64,000 nt of DNA, taken from Candidatus Magasanikbacteria bacterium GW2011_GWA2_56_11 (GTDB taxonomy: Bacteria > Patescibacteriota > Patescibacteriia > Magasanikbacterales > UBA922). This document shows, piece by piece, positions 39,294-48,399 of this stretch. The DNA lies in the NCBI GenBank assembly GCA_001004885.1, contig LCRX01000004.1, forward strand, positions 11,178 through 75,177. Reading direction: 5' to 3'. Each line of letters begins with the position of its first letter. Position 1 is the first letter of the stretch. Position numbers and translations under genes: made by a program. The notes below the pieces were generated by a model that was given only the letters and a program-made list of their open reading frames with translations, was not told the DNA's origin and made no database searches.

Positions 39294-40118
39294 ATGGCAA
39301 ACTTCCGCTCAAAAAGAATCCTGATTGCCGGCTTTGTCGCGGCCGCGGCCTGCTTCTTTTCTTTTTCCGCGGCCCTGGCCCAGTATGGCCTGGCCGAGAC
39401 CGCGAAAAGCGCGGGAATTCCCACCAACAAGAGCATTCCGGTGATACTGGGCGACGCCATCGGCACCGGACTCTCCATGATTTCCGTGGTTTTCTTCGCG
39501 CTCATGCTCTACGCCGGCATCCGCTGGATGATCGCGCGCGGCAATGATGAAGACGCCAAAAAGGCGCAGGATACCATTATTGCCGCGGTTATTGGCATTG
39601 TGATAGTGATTGCCGCCTACGCGCTGACCAATTTTGTTTTTACGAGCGTGGGAATTAGCACCGCCGGCGGGGCGGCGGCGCCCAAGGCTCCGGGCGGGGG
39701 GGCAGCACCGGCAGTACCGGTTGTGCCGGGCGGGGGAGGCGCGCCTGGAGGTTGGCCCGATCCGGTACCCGAACCAGAAATCCCGCCAGGCCCAGGACAA
39801 CCCCCAGGTCCGGGTGCTCCGCAACCACCTGGTGGTTCTAGCGGGGCCTGTGTGCCGAAAAACAATGATGCTTCTTGTCAGAGTCAATTTGAACAACAAT
39901 GGGCAGGTTACAAGGGGGCAGGTGGAACCGCTACGGATGACAACGCCAAGAAAGTTGCCTGTGTCGGAGATGACACAAACGGCTGCACATGGGACATCGC
40001 AGCACAAAAGTGTGTATTGTCCGGGGCTGCCGAACAATGTACAGCTCTTAATGAAGAGCCGGACACCGAGGAAGCGAAGGCGTCTTGTGGAGCAAGTTTT
40101 TACTGTAAGTGGCAGTAA
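39294..40118 (+). CDS. VirB2-like pilin 6 with Pro/Gly linker and Cys-rich C-terminal domain
   Basis: YAGIRWMIARGNDEDAKKA. Confidence 0.83.
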   Translation: MANFRSKRILIAGFVAAAACFFSFSAALAQYGLAETAKSAGIPTNKSIPVILGDAIGTGLSMISVVFFALMLYAGIRWMIARGNDEDAKKAQDTIIAAVIGIVIVIAAYALTNFVFTSVGISTAGGAAAPKAPGGGAAPAVPVVPGGGGAPGGWPDPVPEPEIPPGPGQPPGPGAPQPPGGSSGACVPKNNDASCQSQFEQQWAGYKGAGGTATDDNAKKVACVGDDTNGCTWDIAAQKCVLSGAAEQCTALNEEPDTEEAKASCGASFYCKWQ

Positions 40119-40160
40119 AAACAGGGTTCGTTCTGTCAGAAGGTGGATTAACAGTACCGC

Positions 40161-40844
40161 ATGAGCATAAAACCTTTTACACTTAGTTTGCTGGTGCTGG
40201 CCCTAACTCTGGCGCCGGCGTATACGGCGCAGGCCAAGAAAACCCTGGGCGATACGCCGACTGCCCTCAACAGCGCGGTGGCCCCGACCGGCATTGAAAA
40301 AACCGATGTATTGTCCATTAGCGGCAAAGTAGTGAAAGGGGCGCTCGGGATGGTGGGGCTGGTTTTCTTCGTTCTCATGGTCTATGCCGGCATCCGCTGG
40401 ATGACGGCCCGGGGCGACGAGGACGCGGCCAGCAAGTCGCGCGACACGATGATAGCGGCAGTAATCGGACTGATAATAATCGTGGCCTCGTATGCAATTA
40501 CCAGTTTTGTTACCGACCGTATTGTACTGATGCAAACGGCAGTGGATGTTGACGGCTCCGGCCTGAGCGGCGACATGCTGGGAAACGAACCACTGGCCTG
40601 CTGCATCGTGCCGGCCACCGCTAACCCGAACAGTCCGTATACGGCGAGCCTGCGCACCGAGGCCGAGTGCGCCAGTTTGTCCGAGGGCGGGGTGCAGGGA
40701 GCGGACTGGGAAATTTATCATATTCCCAACAATAATTTTACCGTTTGCGAAGCGATCAATAATTGCTGGAATAATCCCAACGGCAGCCAGAGCACTTTTT
40801 TTGCTGAGTGCCTATCCAAGGCAGGCGTAAAGAGCGAACCTTAA
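40161..40844 (+). CDS. VirB2-like pilin 7 with Cys-rich C-terminal domain
   Basis: YAGIRWMTARGDEDAASKS. Confidence 0.83.
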   Translation: MSIKPFTLSLLVLALTLAPAYTAQAKKTLGDTPTALNSAVAPTGIEKTDVLSISGKVVKGALGMVGLVFFVLMVYAGIRWMTARGDEDAASKSRDTMIAAVIGLIIIVASYAITSFVTDRIVLMQTAVDVDGSGLSGDMLGNEPLACCIVPATANPNSPYTASLRTEAECASLSEGGVQGADWEIYHIPNNNFTVCEAINNCWNNPNGSQSTFFAECLSKAGVKSEP

Positions 40845-40848
40845 ACCT

Positions 40849-41214
40849 ATGAAGTACTTATATTCTTTTCTACTGGCTGTTCTCGGCCTGGCACCGGGCA
40901 TATTATCGGCCGCCGGTATCCAGAGTTCCGGGCCTAATTTGTCCACGGTAGCCAAAAAAGCCGAGTTTTCGGAAAACGTACTCCTGCCGGAAATAGTCGG
41001 CACGGTTATTAACGCCGTGCTTAGTTTGGTCGGGCTAATTTTTTTGGTCCTCATGGTCTATGCCGGCATACTGTGGATGACGGCTAGGGGCGACGAAAGC
41101 AAGGTGGAGAAAGCGAAAACCATTATCGAGGCTTCGCTTATCGGGCTGTTCATTACGGTCAGCGCCTATGCCATCACCGTATTTCTTACCGGCCGCTTTG
41201 AAACCGCACCCTAA
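40849..41214 (+). CDS. VirB2-like pilin 8 (minimal)
   Basis: YAGILWMTARGDESKVEKAK. Confidence 0.85.
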   Translation: MKYLYSFLLAVLGLAPGILSAAGIQSSGPNLSTVAKKAEFSENVLLPEIVGTVINAVLSLVGLIFLVLMVYAGILWMTARGDESKVEKAKTIIEASLIGLFITVSAYAITVFLTGRFETAP

Positions 41215-41224
41215 TTTATTTTTT

Positions 41225-41677
41225 ATGACCGCTCTCGCCCAAAAGTTTGCCCCCTTCCTGCTGATATTCATTCTCGGACATTTTTTGGCGGCCCCGGCCC
41301 TGGCCCTGAACCTGGGCGGTGGGGACACCGGTAGCACCTGGCAGGCCGCGGACAAGGCCGGGTACGACAAAGCCGGAGAGACGACACTGGCCGAGACGGC
41401 GGGTAAGATAATAAAAATTGTGCTTTCGGTGGTGGGCGTAATATTTACCGCCCTCATGGTTTATGCCGGCATACTGTGGATGACGGCTAGGGGCGACGAA
41501 AGCAAGGTGGAGAAAGCGAAAGATATTATTGAGGCCTCGATAATCGGGCTCGTGATTGCTCTGGCTTCGTACGGACTGACGAGTTTTGTGGTGAATAACG
41601 TGCTCGATCAGACGGCGCCGTCGCCGGCCGCGCCGGAGCCGGTTCCCGAATCTGGTGCAGGGGGTGCTGGCGAGTAG
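41225..41677 (+). CDS. VirB2-like pilin 9
   Basis: YAGILWMTARGDESKVEKAK. Confidence 0.85.
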   Translation: MTALAQKFAPFLLIFILGHFLAAPALALNLGGGDTGSTWQAADKAGYDKAGETTLAETAGKIIKIVLSVVGVIFTALMVYAGILWMTARGDESKVEKAKDIIEASIIGLVIALASYGLTSFVVNNVLDQTAPSPAAPEPVPESGAGGAGE

Positions 41678-41726
41678 TAGTTTTTTGTCCGGCATTTAAC
41701 GGTCGTCCTCCTCTAAGGATATACTT

Positions 41727-42155
41727 ATGCCCTTCTGGTACAAAATAAACGTGATGGTGCTCCTGGGGGCTTTTACCCTCACAGCCTCTCCGGCAGCCGC
41801 GGCTCCGAAATTCCTGGGTGATATAGACAAGCAACTGAACGCCGGAGCCGGGACTGCCGGCCTGGCCGCCAAGAATGTCGCCCCGGCCGATCCGCGCCTA
41901 GTGGCCGCCAGCTTTATCCAGACGATACTCAAGGTGCTAGGCGTGGTTTTCGTCGTCCTTATTGTTACGGGCGGTTTCCGTCTGGTCAAAGCCAACGGCG
42001 ACGAGAGTAAGATTGAAGAGGGCACGAAGACCGTCCAGATGGCGGTCATCGGGCTTTTGGTAGTTTTGTTTGCCTACAGCATCGCCTGGTTTGTCGGCAC
42101 CCAGATCCAAAAAGCTATTAATAACGCCGCGCAGGCGACCTCTGCCGGCAGCTGA
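41727..42155 (+). CDS. VirB2-like pilin 10
   Basis: GGFRLVKANGDESKIEEG. Confidence 0.8.
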   Translation: MPFWYKINVMVLLGAFTLTASPAAAAPKFLGDIDKQLNAGAGTAGLAAKNVAPADPRLVAASFIQTILKVLGVVFVVLIVTGGFRLVKANGDESKIEEGTKTVQMAVIGLLVVLFAYSIAWFVGTQIQKAINNAAQATSAGS

Positions 42156-42158
42156 CCT

Positions 42159-42668
42159 ATGAGACAGTTCGCAGTCGCCACTGTTTTTTTAGCCGCCTTT
42201 GCCGCTTTGGCCGCGGTTAGTTTGTCGCCCGGCAGGGCCGGCGCGCAGTCTTTGGCCGACGAAATTAACAAGCAGAGCGGCGCTTTTGCCGGAACGCAAG
42301 GCGCCAATTTAAAGAATGCCGATCCGCGCCTGCTCATGGCCCAGATAATTAAAATCTTTCTGACCCTTATCGGGACACTTTTTCTCGCCTACACCACCTA
42401 TGGCGGTTTCCTTGTTTTTACCGCGGCCGGCGACGCGGACAGGATCGAACACGCCAAAAAGATTATCTTCTACGGCAGTATCGGGGTGTTGATCGTCTTG
42501 ACTGCCTACAGCATCGCCTGGTTTATCTGGCAAATGTGGCTTGACGCGCAAAATCAAAATCCGTTTGGCAGCTTTTTCGAGTGGGGCGTGCAGCCGGACA
42601 CCAGCCAGTTTTACATCAAAGATCCGCTTTACGGACCGACAGTGCCAAAAGAGCTGGGCCCTCTCTAG
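42159..42668 (+). CDS. VirB2-like pilin 11
   Basis: YGGFLVFTAAGDADRIEHAK. Confidence 0.8.
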   Translation: MRQFAVATVFLAAFAALAAVSLSPGRAGAQSLADEINKQSGAFAGTQGANLKNADPRLLMAQIIKIFLTLIGTLFLAYTTYGGFLVFTAAGDADRIEHAKKIIFYGSIGVLIVLTAYSIAWFIWQMWLDAQNQNPFGSFFEWGVQPDTSQFYIKDPLYGPTVPKELGPL

Positions 42669-43780
42669 AGCGACGAAAGAATCGTACGCAAAATACACCG
42701 CGCCGCCGGTGTATTTTTTGTTTCCGGCGCTGGCTTGGTCTGTGGCCGGTCAAGGCAGTCCTTTACCCGCTCGATGATTTCCGGCACGGAATTGGCCGCG
42801 GCTCCGCCGCCGGTGGCGGCCAGAAAACGGGCATTGCCTTCTTCCTGGCCGGGAATGGGACTAACGGCGATGAGAGGCCGGCCGAGCACCTCGCACTCGG
42901 CCATGGTCAGCCCGCCGGGTTTGCTAATGACGGCGGCGGCCAGGCGCAGGTAATCATCCAGCCGGTCGGTCCACCCCAGAACGCCGAACGTAATGTGCGG
43001 GGGGGCGGCCAGACGGCACAGTTCACGGTAAAGTCCGCGGTTTTGGCCGGCGACAGCGATAACTGTTAAGGGGCGGGAAATAGAGAACAACGCGGACACG
43101 ATACGCTGCGTGTCTATGAGTCCTTGGCCGCCGGATAAGACCAAAAGCATTGGCCGGCCGGGCGGAATCTCGCACGAGCGGTAAAGCGCCGCCGGCTCGC
43201 GCTGTTCATAAAAGCGGGGGTGGACCGGTATTCCGCTCACCATGACCCTGTCGGACGCTATTTTAGTTTCGCGTATCACCGCGAGGCGCAGCTCTGCTGT
43301 CGGGACAAAGTAAAAACTGGCGCCGGGGGCGGACCAGTATTGATGGAAGCTGTAATCGGTAACCACAACCGAGAACGGTACGGGCGAAAAAAAACGTTCA
43401 GGCGGCCTGGCCAGAGCCTGGGCCGCGATGCCGTTCGTGCAGATGATATGGTCGGGCCCAAAGCGGGTGATAGCCTGGTACAGGCGGCGGGCGGCCAGTG
43501 GTTTGAGCGGGGCGGTAAGGAGGCTGAAAATTTCGTGCGCCGGCCGGTAGTTGGTCGTCTGGTAAAACATTTTCCAGGCGAAAGGCAGATAACGCGCCAA
43601 AAGGTGGAAAGAAGAGATGAATCCGGTTCCGAGCCCTAAATCCAGGTAGCGGGAAATTTCTATATGCTTGATGACTGCCTCCGGGCACTCCTGCCTGGCA
43701 GCGGCCGCTATAGCCTCGGCCGCCCGGACATGACCGGAGCCGGCCGCGAGAGAAAGCAGGAGGAGGCGGTGGCGGGCCAT
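42665..43780 (-). CDS. MGDG synthase/UgtP-like GT28 glycosyltransferase
   Basis: GSGHVRAA, VVTDY..H..W, SGIPV, SKPGGLT, PIPGQEEGNA. Confidence 0.9.
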   Translation of the reverse strand: MARHRLLLLSLAAGSGHVRAAEAIAAAARQECPEAVIKHIEISRYLDLGLGTGFISSFHLLARYLPFAWKMFYQTTNYRPAHEIFSLLTAPLKPLAARRLYQAITRFGPDHIICTNGIAAQALARPPERFFSPVPFSVVVTDYSFHQYWSAPGASFYFVPTAELRLAVIRETKIASDRVMVSGIPVHPRFYEQREPAALYRSCEIPPGRPMLLVLSGGQGLIDTQRIVSALFSISRPLTVIAVAGQNRGLYRELCRLAAPPHITFGVLGWTDRLDDYLRLAAAVISKPGGLTMAECEVLGRPLIAVSPIPGQEEGNARFLAATGGGAAANSVPEIIERVKDCLDRPQTKPAPETKNTPAARCILRTILSSL

Positions 43781-43791
43781 GGCGCGTTTGG

Positions 43792-46098
43792 TTATAAGAG
43801 ATTAGTCTGCAGGTGATAGTACGGCGGACGGTGGCGGTAGCGCTTGATGGCCATTTCGATGATAGCTTCGAGGAAGTCGCCGTAGTCCATGCCGACAAGC
43901 TGGGCTACGGACGGGACGCAGTCGCCAATATCTATCGAGGGGTTGGGGTTGAGCTCCAGCACATAGGGGTTGTCATCCGCGTCGACGCGCAGCTCGACGC
44001 GGCCATAGTCGTGGCAGTCGAGAATAGTGTAGGTGTCAAGAGCGATCTCGGTAATGAGAGATTCGAGTTTTTTGGCGATATTTTTGGGCGGTTTTTGGGT
44101 AATTACTTTGTTGTCATACACCGGGTCAAGCGACCATTTGGCATTGTAGGGGAAAATGTGCCAGTAGCCTTCGGGCAGGTCCTTGAAGATACTGCGCGAC
44201 AGGGGCAGCACCTGCAGGTCGTGGCGCTCGCTGCCGAGAATGGAGACGTCGTACTCGTCGCCTTCGATGTATTCCTCCACCAGGGCCGGGCTGCCTACTT
44301 CGACGATAATCCTTTCCAACTGTTTTTGCAGCTCCCGGCGGTTGGTAACCACCGAATCGTTCGTAATGCCGATCGAGTTATCGGTGTTGGCCGGTTTGAT
44401 AATGAGCGGGTAACGCAAGTCTTCGCTGATTTTGTCCTCCATGGTGTAGGCGTAGTCCCATTTGGGAGTGGGGATGTTGTGGTAGGACAGCAGTTTTTTG
44501 ACCCGGATTTTGTCTATACACAGCGAGAGCGTGAACGGGTTGGAGTTCAGGTCGTCAATCACTTCGGGGAAGCGGTTGAAATTGAAGATACTTACCCGGT
44601 AGCCGCGCTCGCGCAGGGTCCGTTCGATGTTTAACGCCCGGTTCATCAGGTCGCTTTCTTCGCTTTTCGCTTCGCCATTGTAGACGTTGGCCGCTATCCC
44701 CAAGTGCAGGCGGCGTTTGTCGGATTTGGCCAGCCGGCGCAGCCGTTCAATGCGGCTGTTCGCCTTGGTGAGAGGATTGGAACTGATGAGGGCCGACGAG
44801 AAGCGGTTTTTGCGCGAGGTTTTGCCGAGCGACGAGTAACTTTTGAAAGGCGCTACCTCAATGTGCACGCGCTCTTCAACCTCGGCGAGCGCGGCCTCGG
44901 CCTCGGCGTAGGACTGGCCTTGGATGAGCACCCAGCCGATGTCCTCGAAGCCCTCGGGCGGGACGAGCACGGTATCGCCGACTTCCTTGGCCAGGAAATA
45001 ATCAACCACGGAGGGGTGTTTTTTTATCTCGTCAAAACCGCTGATCTGCGTGATCAGGCCGGAGCTTTTGGGAATGAAGTACTTGGCGACGATATGTTTT
45101 TTCGGTTCTTTGGCTTGGTCCGCGACATTGAGTCCGAGCGCGATTTCGGCGCCGGCTTTGATGAGATCGACGCCGTAAATTTCCTGGATCGATTTGTGCG
45201 TGTAATCGCCGCCCAGCCGCGAGGCCGCCTCGATCACTTTCGGCCCGTCTTTAGTCAGTTTGATTTCCACCTGCGCCAGGCTGTTTTGGACTTTGAGCAC
45301 GATAAGGGCCGCTTTGGCCGCTTCAGTCAGGGCCGCGAGCTCTCCCTCGTCGATGCGCGGTGGCGCGTAGTCGCCGGTTTCAAGAAAGAACGGCAGATTC
45401 ATCGCTGTTTTTTCGTGAACCCCGACAATGTGCGGGACGCCGTGTTGGACGTAACCTTCGAGGCTGAATTCGTGTCCCTCAATGAATTCCTGGTATAAAA
45501 AGAGCTTTTTATTGTACTTGTACACCGGATCGTAGTCCGGGTTACAGTTTTTCATCAAGTACTCGTAACCCTCTTCGGCTTCGTGGCGGTCGGAAACGTA
45601 GACTACGAATTGGCTGTCCGAACCGAGCAGCGGCTTGAGCACGGCCGGGAATTTGATCCGGCGCATGGCCGCCGTCAGGTCTTGGCGGTTCTTGATCAGC
45701 TCCTGGGAAATATACGGTTCGCCGCAGGCCCGCAGTACTTCCTGCATGTGGAATTTGTTGCGCGTATTCACGGCCGCCTCGGGCGAGTTGCCGATCCATT
45801 TAAACTCGGCGCATAGCTTGGCCAGAAGGGGAATGTCGTCTTCCCAGAAAGTAACCGCGCCGTCGATGGCGAGCGCTCCGCGTGAAGAGAGATAGGTTCT
45901 AACCGCCTCGACAGACTCGGTGTGGCTGTAGGTGTCGGCCGGTATCCACTGGTCTACGTACGGGTTGGCCCAGGGTTTTTCGCGGCCGAGCACCACCAGG
46001 TTGAGTCCGAGTTTTTTCAATTTTTGGAGGATAAATTTTTTTTTGATTGACCCGGTATTTACCACGAGCAAATTTTTTTTAGCCAGTCTGGTGGTCAT
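43792..46098 (-). CDS. Double ATP-grasp protein: L-amino-acid-ligase-like domain fused to a D-Ala-D-Ala-ligase-like domain (apparent in-frame deletion at about 44545)
   Basis: First domain has NK..M, FPAVLKP, QEFIEG, IEAASRLGG. Second has IDKIRVK, YPLIIKP, EEYIEG, YGRVELR, LELNPNP. Confidence 0.85.
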   Translation of the reverse strand: MTTRLAKKNLLVVNTGSIKKKFILQKLKKLGLNLVVLGREKPWANPYVDQWIPADTYSHTESVEAVRTYLSSRGALAIDGAVTFWEDDIPLLAKLCAEFKWIGNSPEAAVNTRNKFHMQEVLRACGEPYISQELIKNRQDLTAAMRRIKFPAVLKPLLGSDSQFVVYVSDRHEAEEGYEYLMKNCNPDYDPVYKYNKKLFLYQEFIEGHEFSLEGYVQHGVPHIVGVHEKTAMNLPFFLETGDYAPPRIDEGELAALTEAAKAALIVLKVQNSLAQVEIKLTKDGPKVIEAASRLGGDYTHKSIQEIYGVDLIKAGAEIALGLNVADQAKEPKKHIVAKYFIPKSSGLITQISGFDEIKKHPSVVDYFLAKEVGDTVLVPPEGFEDIGWVLIQGQSYAEAEAALAEVEERVHIEVAPFKSYSSLGKTSRKNRFSSALISSNPLTKANSRIERLRRLAKSDKRRLHLGIAANVYNGEAKSEESDLMNRALNIERTLRERGYRVSIFNFNRFPEVIDDLNSNPFTLSLCIDKIRVKKLLSYHNIPTPKWDYAYTMEDKISEDLRYPLIIKPANTDNSIGITNDSVVTNRRELQKQLERIIVEVGSPALVEEYIEGDEYDVSILGSERHDLQVLPLSRSIFKDLPEGYWHIFPYNAKWSLDPVYDNKVITQKPPKNIAKKLESLITEIALDTYTILDCHDYGRVELRVDADDNPYVLELNPNPSIDIGDCVPSVAQLVGMDYGDFLEAIIEMAIKRYRHRPPYYHLQTNLL

Positions 46099-46103
46099 AA
46101 AAT

Positions 46104-46440
46104 AAAAAAACAACACGCCTAATTAGTGTTGATTAGTTGGCCAGGATGAAAATTGTCTGCCGTACCGGCAGCTGCCGGCTCGTCGGTGTTATCGACCATA
46201 GGCGCGGGATGCCCGCCGGGGGAACTATACCGCATTTTTAGCCGCGGCGCAAGGGCCGGAAAATCGCCCCGCACAGGGGGGAAGTAGCGGGCGCTCGCCA
46301 AATGTACGCACTAAAATGGCGAGCGCCCGCGGCCAGAAATCGCCAGCGGTTCGGCACCGTGTAGCCGAATTCCCTGGGTAAGCAGGGCGGGGCGGAATGC
46401 CCCCAGGAGGAGCGGGGCATCCCCCCGGCGTTTAACTGGC
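46104..46440 (-). ncRNA. Candidate 335-nt structured leader or ncRNA ending in an intrinsic terminator
   Basis: Promoter TTGACG-N17-TATGGT (46476-46448), nested stems, CAACAC/GTGTTG-T7 hairpin just before the ATG. Confidence 0.6.
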
Positions 46441-46545
46441 ATTAAGTACCATACTGGCGGGCGCGGGCGGCGTCAACCTTGGGGATAAAACCATGGACCC
46501 GCTTTATTCCGCTGAGATAACAGCCGTTATCAGCGCGGTCAGCCC

Positions 46546-48366
46546 TCATTCGCAGTAGTAGGCGAATAGTGTCCGGACTCGATTTTTGATCGGATCTTTT
46601 TCGCTGGTCGGTTTGTCCGGATCAAGCTTCATTGCTCCGGCCACATCAATTATCTTTATTTCCTGGGTGCGCTTGTCGACCACCAGCTCGACGTCGCCCG
46701 GCCAGACGGATAAGCGTTTGAGGGTTCGGATTAGGTGTTTGGCCCAGCGCCGGCGTTGCCCGGGCGGGCTGTTTTTGATGGCTTCGGGATCAAAGTCAAC
46801 CCGTTCCATGACAATGATCGGCAGCCGGCTTGATCTGCCGGAGGAGGGATTATTATTCTCTTCGGCCTCACCGCTCTGGGGGAGATAGCCAAGCAATTTG
46901 GGCGCGATGTCGGCCTGAGACAGCAGAGCGAGCATTTCAGCCTCTTTTTTGAAATATTTTTGGTCGGAGTCGCCAAGATGAAAGTCGGCCGGATCGTCGG
47001 CTCGGGTGGCTTCTCCCCGCCTCGGGCTGGCTACTTTGTAAAGCACGTCCGGCTGTTCTTCGCGATAGAAGATGCAGGCCGTGCTGCCGTTGCTTGCGAA
47101 TACTTTAAAGTTAACGCCGGGATAAGCCTCGGAGAGCGCCTGCAGAGTAACCTTTTTTTTGTATTGCAGTGACTGAAAAAAATCCGTCGAGGCGATGGAT
47201 TCGTGTCCGGGCAGACCGCTTAACCCTTGATCCTCAAAATACGCGCCGATGTCGGCGTAATCTTCCGGCCGAAGGCCGTATTCCCGCGCGCGCGTGCTCA
47301 GGTTGCTCTTTTTAATCGCGCGCAGTCTTTTGGCTATGAGTTCCAGCGCGGAAAACAGCGCCATTCCTTTATCTTCTTCATTGTCGGTCCGTAGCCCGAC
47401 CTCATACATCGGTTCCAGGCCTGCTTCCGGTCTGACAAACATCACGTTTTTTTCCGGCCGGGCGCCAGGGGACAAGAGTATGCCGGTTCGCCGGAGAGCA
47501 TCCGGACGGGGAAAATTGGCCAGAAAAGCCAGGGCATCGTCGTAGTGGCTGGATTTTATCATGTCCGCCAGGGAAGCGAGCATGTCGGCGAGAAGCCGCT
47601 CTTTTTCCGCCGGGGATTCGGGGACAAACTCGCCGGGTTCGGATTGTAAAAATGCTTCTCCATGCAGACGTCTGGCCGTCCGCAGCACATCGCCGAGAGT
47701 GGCATTGGCATAGCCTACGCAGTGGCGATTCGGGAACAGGCCGGGCTGAGACAGCGCGACGGCCTGAACCGGTATTTTGTCCGGGTGCACTCCATGTTGG
47801 GCCGCGGCATACAGGCGTTGCCGGCCGTATTGGTAAGCTTCGATCCGTCCGTCGGGGTTGAGGGCTATGTCGATGGGTACTCCGGTCTCCGCCTCTTCTC
47901 GCAGGTCCGCCTCGAGGAAGGCTTTCCGCCGGGCATTCTTATTAAAAGAATACCAACGAACGCCGGAGCGGCGTAGCAGCTCGCCGTTTTGTTTTTTGAG
48001 CATTTCCGGTCGGCTTTGTCCGCCGAACACGATTATTTGATCGCGGATTAACTGCGATAGCGAGGGGAGAGGGGAAGGCTCGTTTTCTTTGGAGCGCGTT
48101 TTTTTGTCGGCGGACGGTGTAGCGGGCAGGTTCTCGATTTCTCTTCTGGCGGCCGCGAGATCCGGTTCATCGTCTAATGCGTTTTTAACAAACGGACTGC
48201 CGTCTCCTAATTCCGGTTTTGGGAAAACAATTTCGCCGCCGCCAGTCTCTCCTGTTCCGTCTTCTCTGCGGGTTTGTTTACCCTCCGCGCATTCCTGACA
48301 AACGGCCGGATGAAGGCCGTGAGGGCAGGACGGGGACTCAATTGTCGTGGGTTTCCCCAGGGACAT
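46546..48366 (-). CDS. Multidomain hypothetical protein with C-terminal kinase-like domain
   Basis: NGSTACIF, YKVA, EAEML...APKLLG, IVMERV, GDVE, IKIIDVAG resemble kinase subdomains. Confidence 0.6.
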   Translation of the reverse strand: MSLGKPTTIESPSCPHGLHPAVCQECAEGKQTRREDGTGETGGGEIVFPKPELGDGSPFVKNALDDEPDLAAARREIENLPATPSADKKTRSKENEPSPLPSLSQLIRDQIIVFGGQSRPEMLKKQNGELLRRSGVRWYSFNKNARRKAFLEADLREEAETGVPIDIALNPDGRIEAYQYGRQRLYAAAQHGVHPDKIPVQAVALSQPGLFPNRHCVGYANATLGDVLRTARRLHGEAFLQSEPGEFVPESPAEKERLLADMLASLADMIKSSHYDDALAFLANFPRPDALRRTGILLSPGARPEKNVMFVRPEAGLEPMYEVGLRTDNEEDKGMALFSALELIAKRLRAIKKSNLSTRAREYGLRPEDYADIGAYFEDQGLSGLPGHESIASTDFFQSLQYKKKVTLQALSEAYPGVNFKVFASNGSTACIFYREEQPDVLYKVASPRRGEATRADDPADFHLGDSDQKYFKKEAEMLALLSQADIAPKLLGYLPQSGEAEENNNPSSGRSSRLPIIVMERVDFDPEAIKNSPPGQRRRWAKHLIRTLKRLSVWPGDVELVVDKRTQEIKIIDVAGAMKLDPDKPTSEKDPIKNRVRTLFAYYCE

Positions 48367-48399
48367 ACGCCAAAGTTTGGTTGTTTAATTGCCTTCAGG

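Noticed and set aside
33590-42668. Diversity-generating retroelement acting on the pilin array
   Set aside because: No reverse transcriptase, and the only near-identical pair shows no adenine-specific mismatches.
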